Both the position numbers and the translations under genes were made by a program. Below, piece by piece: positions 58,574-64,000 of a DNA stretch of 64,000 nucleotides. Origin of the DNA: an uncultured bacterium. GTDB lineage: Bacteria > Patescibacteriota > Minisyncoccia > Phycocordibacterales > CAIRYW01. How positions within the stretch are numbered: position 1 is the first letter of the stretch; every line of letters begins with the position of its first letter. The stretch lies in assembly GCA_903882905.1 (NCBI GenBank), contig CAIRYW010000019.1:1406-65405 (forward strand), written 5' to 3'. The notes under the pieces are model-generated. The model saw nothing but the letters and a program-made list of their open reading frames with translations. It did not search any database and was not told the origin of the DNA.

Positions 58574-59872
58574 TTAACGCCAAGAAGCATCTTTAGTAGT
58601 CACTGTATTATATATTGCTTTTGTAATCCAGAAAGGTGAAATAATTATGTAAACAGTTAAAAAGTAAATTACTTCAAATGAAAAATGCCATTTACCAGTC
58701 GAAATTTTATGTCCGAGCCATACTGTAAATATAGTAACAGCAATGAGAGAAAGTCCTAATATTGAAACTGCGCTTGTATCAAAATAGAACCAATCAAAAT
58801 TTGGTGCATGAAAATAGAAACCTCCAAAATATATTTTTTCAAATTCCATCCACAATGAATTAAATAAACTAACAACACCTTTGATAAAAACGAAAAAACT
58901 AAGAAATACTCCAAATGCTGCAAAAGGTAAAACTATTAAGCCAAGGTCGCCGTATTTTTTATTGAAAACCATTCCTTTGTAGTCAATAAGGTTTGCCAAA
59001 AAACCGCTAACCCAACGTACTCTTTGTTTGTATAATTTTTTGATACTGTTTGGTCCAACTGTATAAACCAAGGCTCTTGGTTCGTTAACAATTTTATAAC
59101 CATTTTTTTGAAGGCGCATAGCCATTTCCATATCCTCAGTATTATGAGCCTTACGGTACATTCCAACTTTTTCAAAAACTGATTTTCTATAAAAAGAAAA
59201 AGGTCCAGGGGCAATGTGAATAGCTCCAATAGCGCAAAAAGCTTTTCTGACAAAATTTCCGTATTGATATTCGGCTTTTTGAGTTTTACGAATAATATTG
59301 TTTGCATCATCAATTACCACAGAAGGTGTTACAGCCATCACATTTTCATTTCTAAATCTCTGAACAATCAATTTCAATGCTTCTCTATCAACAAAAGAAT
59401 CAGCATCAAGACAACCGATAAATTCTGCTTTTGAAGTTTGAATGCCAAGATTTAATGCAGTATGTTTCCCACCATTTTCTTTTGAAAGGACAATAATATT
59501 TTTTTTATCTTCAAATTTTTTTAGAACCTCAAGTGTGTTGTCTGTGGAGCCGTCGTTGATTGCAAAAATATTATATTTATCTTTAGGATAATCAAGGGCT
59601 AAAAGGGAATGTAGGGTTTTTGATATAGTAGTTTCTTCGTTAAAAATTGGGACAATGATGTCTACAAATGGAAAGTAGTCCCCGTCTTTTTTTTCATCGT
59701 CTGAACCATCCATAAGAGACATTAATAAAAATACCTCGAAGTAAAGCGAGACGAAAATGAAGATATAGTTCGTTAAACCTATGAGTCCAGTCATTAGGTA
59801 GCATTTTACCGCATTTTGGGTTTTTTGGGAATAATTACCTATATTTGATATAATCTTTTGAATGCAAGACAA
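58574..59872 (-). CDS. Processive family-2 glycosyltransferase (cellulose/chitin-synthase-like, integral membrane)
   Basis: DGSTDNT, CLDADS, QRVRW (QxxRW) motifs, flanking TM helices. Confidence 0.75.
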   Translation of the reverse strand: MSCIQKIISNIGNYSQKTQNAVKCYLMTGLIGLTNYIFIFVSLYFEVFLLMSLMDGSDDEKKDGDYFPFVDIIVPIFNEETTISKTLHSLLALDYPKDKYNIFAINDGSTDNTLEVLKKFEDKKNIIVLSKENGGKHTALNLGIQTSKAEFIGCLDADSFVDREALKLIVQRFRNENVMAVTPSVVIDDANNIIRKTQKAEYQYGNFVRKAFCAIGAIHIAPGPFSFYRKSVFEKVGMYRKAHNTEDMEMAMRLQKNGYKIVNEPRALVYTVGPNSIKKLYKQRVRWVSGFLANLIDYKGMVFNKKYGDLGLIVLPFAAFGVFLSFFVFIKGVVSLFNSLWMEFEKIYFGGFYFHAPNFDWFYFDTSAVSILGLSLIAVTIFTVWLGHKISTGKWHFSFEVIYFLTVYIIISPFWITKAIYNTVTTKDASWR

Positions 59873-60566
59873 AAATGAAAAAACAGGGCATTTACACCCA
59901 ATAACTTTAGCAATAGACGAAATCAGACGAATCTTTAAGGAAGTTGGCTTTTCTGTGGCTGAGGGACCTGAAATTGAAAAAGAATATTACAATTTTGATG
60001 CATTAAATATGCCAGCTGATCATCCTGCCCGCGATATGCAAGATACTTTTTGGGTAGCGCCACTAAGTGAAAAAAAAGTTTTGCGTACACATACTTCTCC
60101 TGTACAGATTCATTATATGGAAAATCACAAACCGCCGATTGCAATTATTGTGCCAGGTAAGGTTTATCGAAATGAAGCTACTGATGCGACTCACGGAGCG
60201 GAATTTTATCAAGTTGAAGGACTTTATATAAACAAAAAAGTTTCGATGGCAGATTTAAAGGGAGTGCTTTCACATTTTTTCAAGGAATTTTTTGGACCTG
60301 ATGTTGAAATTAGATTTCGACCAAGTTTTTTTCCTTTTACCGAACCTTCTGTAGAAATTGATATGAAGTACAAAGATAAGTGGCTTGAGATGATGGGAGC
60401 TGGGCTTGTGCATCCAAAAGTTTTGGAAGCAGGAGGAATTGATTCAAAAGAATACAGTGGTTTTGCTTTTGGTGGCGGAATCGACAGAATGGTGATGCTT
60501 AAATATGGCATTGAAGATTTACGTTTGCTTTATTCAGGAGATTTGAGGGTAATTAATCAGTTTTAA
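59862..60566 (+). CDS. pheS: Phenylalanine--tRNA ligase alpha subunit (catalytic core only, lacks N-terminal helical domain)
   Basis: Class II motifs: ADHPARDMQDTF, FRPSFFPFTEPS, GLVHP; 234 aa. Confidence 0.85.
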   Translation: MQDKNEKTGHLHPITLAIDEIRRIFKEVGFSVAEGPEIEKEYYNFDALNMPADHPARDMQDTFWVAPLSEKKVLRTHTSPVQIHYMENHKPPIAIIVPGKVYRNEATDATHGAEFYQVEGLYINKKVSMADLKGVLSHFFKEFFGPDVEIRFRPSFFPFTEPSVEIDMKYKDKWLEMMGAGLVHPKVLEAGGIDSKEYSGFAFGGGIDRMVMLKYGIEDLRLLYSGDLRVINQF

Positions 60567-60570
60567 TTTT

Positions 60571-62520
60571 ATGTTAGTTTCATACAAATGGCTTCAGACT
60601 TATTTCAAAGACCCACTTCCAAGTGTGGAAGATTTGGCTGAGTTGATTACTTTTAGTTCTTTTGAAATTGAAAACATTGAAAAAAAAGCCAATGATTTTG
60701 TTTTGGATGTAAAAGTTTTGCCAGACCGCGCTTGTTATGCATTAAGTCACCAAGGAATTGCAAAAGAAATTTCTGCGGTTTTGACTGACAATGTATTTAC
60801 TCCACGCGACACAAGTTTTTCTTCAAAATCTGAATTTAAAACTCCAGAAGTCCTTATTCAGAATATAGATATTTGCAAAAGATATGTGGCAACAAAAGTT
60901 ATAAATATTTCTCATGAATCGCCTTTGTGGCTGAAAGAAAGATTAAATTCTGTAGGACAGCGTTCAATAAGTTTGCTTGTTGATCTAACAAACTTTGTGA
61001 TGCTTGATATTGGTGAGCCGATGCATGTTTTTGATGCTGAAAAAATTGTGGAAAAAATAGTTGTACGTGATTCAGAAAAAGATGAAAAAATTGAACTGCT
61101 AGATGGAAAAGAAGTTGCTCTGCCTGAGGGAACTCTTTTGATTTGTGATGAAAAAGGACCACTTGCTGTGGCTGGTATTAAAGGCGGAAAGAAAGCAGAA
61201 GTTGGAGCACATACCGAGTCAGTTATTGTTGAAGCAGCAAATTTTGATTCTACTGCTATTAGAAAAACTTCTACAAAAATTGGTATAAAAACAGATTCAT
61301 CAAAAAGATTTGAAAACAATCTCTCTTCAGAGAAAGCTATTGAAGGTATGAAATATTTTCTAAAGCTTTTGAAAAAGGAAGATTCTTTGATTTCAGTTAG
61401 TGAAATAAATGACCAGAATTTTTCAAATGAGACTGAAAAAATGCTTGAGGCTCCTTTTGAAAAAGTTAGAGAAATGCTTGGAGTGGATATTTCAAATGCT
61501 GAAATAATTAATTGTCTAAATAGAGTTGGTCTTATATCTGAGATGGCTGGAGACAAAATCTTGTTGAGAGTTACTCAAGAAAGAAAAGATATAAATATTG
61601 CAGAGGATGTTGCAGAAGAGGTAGGACGCATTTACGGGTATAACAAAATTATAGGTACATTTCCCGAAATTAAAAATCTATATTCAGCAAACAAAAATTT
61701 TTCAGTTCAAAACAAAATTAGAAACTTTTTAGTAGAAAAAGGATTTTCAGAAATAATTACTTATTCATTGAATGAATTAGGGGAAGTAAAGTTAGCAAAT
61801 CCGCTTGCTTCAGATAAGGGGCAACTTAGAACAAATTTGTCTGATTCAATCGAGGAAAAACTGGCATTTAATCTTCATTCTTCAGATCTGTTAAATACAA
61901 ATGAGATAAGAATTTTTGAGATCGGAACAATTTTTCTAAAAGATGGTGAAAGGAAATCACTTGCGATTGGCGTTGCATATAAAAAAACAAAAGGTAAAAC
62001 TCGTCCTAACGATGAAATTAAAATCGTCCGAGATGAACTTTTTGAAGCACTTAATTTGAATCTAAATACTGTATGCACAATTGATGATTCTGGTGGGTTA
62101 ATTATGGAAGGTTCAAAACAAATTGGGACAATTAATAACAAAGATGGAATCTTTGAAATAGATTTAGATTTTATTACTGGTTTAGTGAATGAAAATGAAG
62201 ATACTTTCATCGAGACGAAAAGTATACTTGAGAAATATCAACCATTTTCTGTTTATCCTTTCGTTGTCCGTGATATTGCCGTTTTTGTTCCAAGCGAAGT
62301 TAAACAGGAAGAAATTTTGAAGATTATTAAAATTCAAGCGGGAGAACTTTTGGTAAAGACAAATCTTTTCGACGTGTTTTCTAAAGATGGAAAGACTTCA
62401 TATGCTTTTAGATTGATTTTCCAGTCTTTTTATAAAACCCTTGTTGAAAAAGAAGTTGAAGAAATAATGTATAGAATTACATCAGTTTTGAATTCCAGAG
62501 AAAATTGGAAAGTTAGATAA
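60571..62520 (+). CDS. pheT: Phenylalanine--tRNA ligase beta subunit (short form without N-terminal OB tRNA-binding domain)
   Basis: B3/4, B5 (LGVDISNAEIINCLNRVG), FDX-ACB C-terminal domains; 649 aa. Confidence 0.8.
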   Translation: MLVSYKWLQTYFKDPLPSVEDLAELITFSSFEIENIEKKANDFVLDVKVLPDRACYALSHQGIAKEISAVLTDNVFTPRDTSFSSKSEFKTPEVLIQNIDICKRYVATKVINISHESPLWLKERLNSVGQRSISLLVDLTNFVMLDIGEPMHVFDAEKIVEKIVVRDSEKDEKIELLDGKEVALPEGTLLICDEKGPLAVAGIKGGKKAEVGAHTESVIVEAANFDSTAIRKTSTKIGIKTDSSKRFENNLSSEKAIEGMKYFLKLLKKEDSLISVSEINDQNFSNETEKMLEAPFEKVREMLGVDISNAEIINCLNRVGLISEMAGDKILLRVTQERKDINIAEDVAEEVGRIYGYNKIIGTFPEIKNLYSANKNFSVQNKIRNFLVEKGFSEIITYSLNELGEVKLANPLASDKGQLRTNLSDSIEEKLAFNLHSSDLLNTNEIRIFEIGTIFLKDGERKSLAIGVAYKKTKGKTRPNDEIKIVRDELFEALNLNLNTVCTIDDSGGLIMEGSKQIGTINNKDGIFEIDLDFITGLVNENEDTFIETKSILEKYQPFSVYPFVVRDIAVFVPSEVKQEEILKIIKIQAGELLVKTNLFDVFSKDGKTSYAFRLIFQSFYKTLVEKEVEEIMYRITSVLNSRENWKVR

Positions 62521-62545
62521 TCTTTTAATTAATAATTAATAAAAT

Positions 62546-63058
62546 ATGAATATACATCCAATTTTTGTTCACTTTCCAATTGCTTTACTTACAGTTTATG
62601 CAATTTTAGAGATGATTCATTTTAGAAAACTTATTTATAAGATTGAATTTTTTTATATTAAATTTTTATTACTAATTATAGGAACACTCGGCGCTTTTAT
62701 ATCTCTTGCGACAGGGGATAGCGCTTCAAGATTACATCGAGATGTTCGAGCTCTTGTTCATCTGCATAGTAATTTTGCATCTGCAACAACAATAATTTTT
62801 GGAGTACTTCTTCTTGTTTATATTTTTGATTGGGTGCACCTTGTATTCGGTGAAAAACTTTCCAGTTCAAAATTTTCAAAAATTTGGAGTCTTAAAAAAC
62901 TTGTAGTTCATAAAGTATTTAGTGGGCCAGTTATTATTCTTCTGGCTATTTTAGGATTAATTGCCTTATTGATAACTGGTGCTCTTGGGGGAGCGATTGT
63001 GTATGGTGTAAGCGGCGATCCATTTACTGCCTTTGTTTATAAAATTTTCTTTCCGTAA
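62546..63058 (+). CDS. DUF2231-like polytopic membrane protein
   Basis: HPIFVHFPIALL start motif, 4 TM. Confidence 0.55.
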   Translation: MNIHPIFVHFPIALLTVYAILEMIHFRKLIYKIEFFYIKFLLLIIGTLGAFISLATGDSASRLHRDVRALVHLHSNFASATTIIFGVLLLVYIFDWVHLVFGEKLSSSKFSKIWSLKKLVVHKVFSGPVIILLAILGLIALLITGALGGAIVYGVSGDPFTAFVYKIFFP

Positions 63059-63166
63059 GAAGTTCACTCTCTTTTTAGACTGAAAAAAGCACCAAAATAA
63101 AGGTTTTTAGCGTATCAATGCATGTGAGGTTTTACACAATTACAACAACCAAAATAAAAATTCAAA

Positions 63167-63757
63167 ATGAAAAAATACATAATTTCTACACTGACCGTGC
63201 TAACCTTTGCTGTTTATGTGCTCTACCAAAGAGTCAGTGGAAGTCCTGTTGTTCTTCCAAATAATCAATTAGCAACAAATACGACGTCGGACGTTACGTC
63301 TCAAAGTTCTTCTTCTGGAGATGGAGGAAATAATATTTTTTCTAATATTTTAAATTCAGTTACAACTTCATCGCCTACTCCAGCTCCGATAACAACTAAA
63401 AAAACTACAACAGTAAAAACTACACCAGTTGTTGTTAAACCAACACCAGTGCCAGTCGCACAACAACAAGGTAAATATAAAAATGGTACGTACACAGGAA
63501 GTGTTGGGGATGCGTATTATGGAAATGTTCAGGTCCAAGCTGTAATTCAAAATGGTGCGTTAGCAAATGTAGTTATTCTTGATTATCCACAAGATCGAAG
63601 TCGATCAGTTTCTATAAATACCAGAGTGATGCCAATTTTAGTTAGTGAAGCGATTCAAGCTCAGAGTGCAAACGTTAACACAGTCTCTGGAGCAACAGAT
63701 TCAAGTGGAGCTTTTAGGCAGTCTCTAGATGCTGCATTGTCACAAGCTTTAATTTAA
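63167..63757 (+). CDS. Secreted FMN-binding domain protein (flavinylation target)
   Basis: Signal peptide, Thr/Pro linker, FMN_bind motif VSGATDSS. Confidence 0.7.
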   Translation: MKKYIISTLTVLTFAVYVLYQRVSGSPVVLPNNQLATNTTSDVTSQSSSSGDGGNNIFSNILNSVTTSSPTPAPITTKKTTTVKTTPVVVKPTPVPVAQQQGKYKNGTYTGSVGDAYYGNVQVQAVIQNGALANVVILDYPQDRSRSVSINTRVMPILVSEAIQAQSANVNTVSGATDSSGAFRQSLDAALSQALI

Positions 63758-63765
63758 ATTAAAAA

Positions 63766-64000
63766 TGAAAGAAACTCGCATAATGATGGGGATGACGATT
63801 ACAGTTGAAATAGCTGATAAAGTTTTTGATCCTAAAATTTTTAAAAAAGTTTTTGATTATTTTGAGTATGTAGATCAAAAATTTAGTATGTACAAACCAA
63901 CAAGTGAAATTTCACACATAAATAAAAAACAAATTAAAAAAGAGGAATATAGCCACGATATGCAGGAAGTTTTGAATTTATCAGAAGAAACAAAAAAAGT
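63766..64000 (+). CDS. ApbE-like FAD:protein FMN transferase (partial, runs off the window end)
   Basis: N-terminal MGMTITVEIAD, typical of the ApbE family; truncated by the window. Confidence 0.5.

Overview
AT-rich window (roughly mid-30s % GC by eye) with the gene content and architecture typical of a Candidate Phyla Radiation / Patescibacteria-type genome. It uses the standard genetic code: RF1 (PAT motif) and RF2 (SPF motif) are both present, and ORFs are intact without UGA recoding. Genes are densely packed and mostly on the + strand.

The largest block (1.2-15.9 kb) is a type IV pilus / competence locus: comF, pilM, pilN, pilO, a PilP-like protein, pilB, a CheY-like response regulator, pilT, pilC, five major-pilin-like paralogs, prepilin peptidase pilD and four minor pseudopilins.

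The rest is housekeeping:
- ligA, gatC, gatA, prfB, ftsE, ftsX and pyrG;
- a pyrD-pyrE-pyrF-purD-argH metabolic cluster;
- an ABC-F ATPase, rluB-like pseudouridine synthase, DEAD-box helicase, rplY, rpmE, prfA, rpsB, tsf, pheS and pheT;
- a C-terminal DUF2231 membrane protein, an FMN-binding protein and an ApbE-like flavin transferase.

RNA genes:
- tRNA-Met(CAT);
- a non-canonical CAT tRNA-like gene;
- tRNA-Asp(GTC) and tRNA-Thr(GGT), each interrupted in the anticodon loop by a ~190-220 nt group I-like intron;
- tRNA-Thr(CGT), tRNA-Gln(CTG) and tRNA-Thr(TGT).

Three observations stand out as most interesting.
1. A family of seven miniature inverted-repeat elements with a conserved CCCAGCAC core.
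   - One copy flanks a GIY-YIG nuclease gene.
   - One sits in-frame, with a 7-bp target duplication, inside a pilin leader peptide.
   - Two homologous copies supply the extended leaders of two pseudopilins.
2. A second family of three related short elements whose conserved end (AAATATTYGTGAYC) abuts a duplicated copy of the host tRNA sequence beginning exactly after T-loop position 56. This occurs in three different tRNAs (Asp, Gln, Thr) and resembles integrase-less, T-loop-targeting mini integrative elements.
3. A free-standing LAGLIDADG homing endonuclease gene overlapping exon 1 of the intron-containing tRNA-Asp.

No CRISPR array, rRNA or classical IS/transposase was seen.
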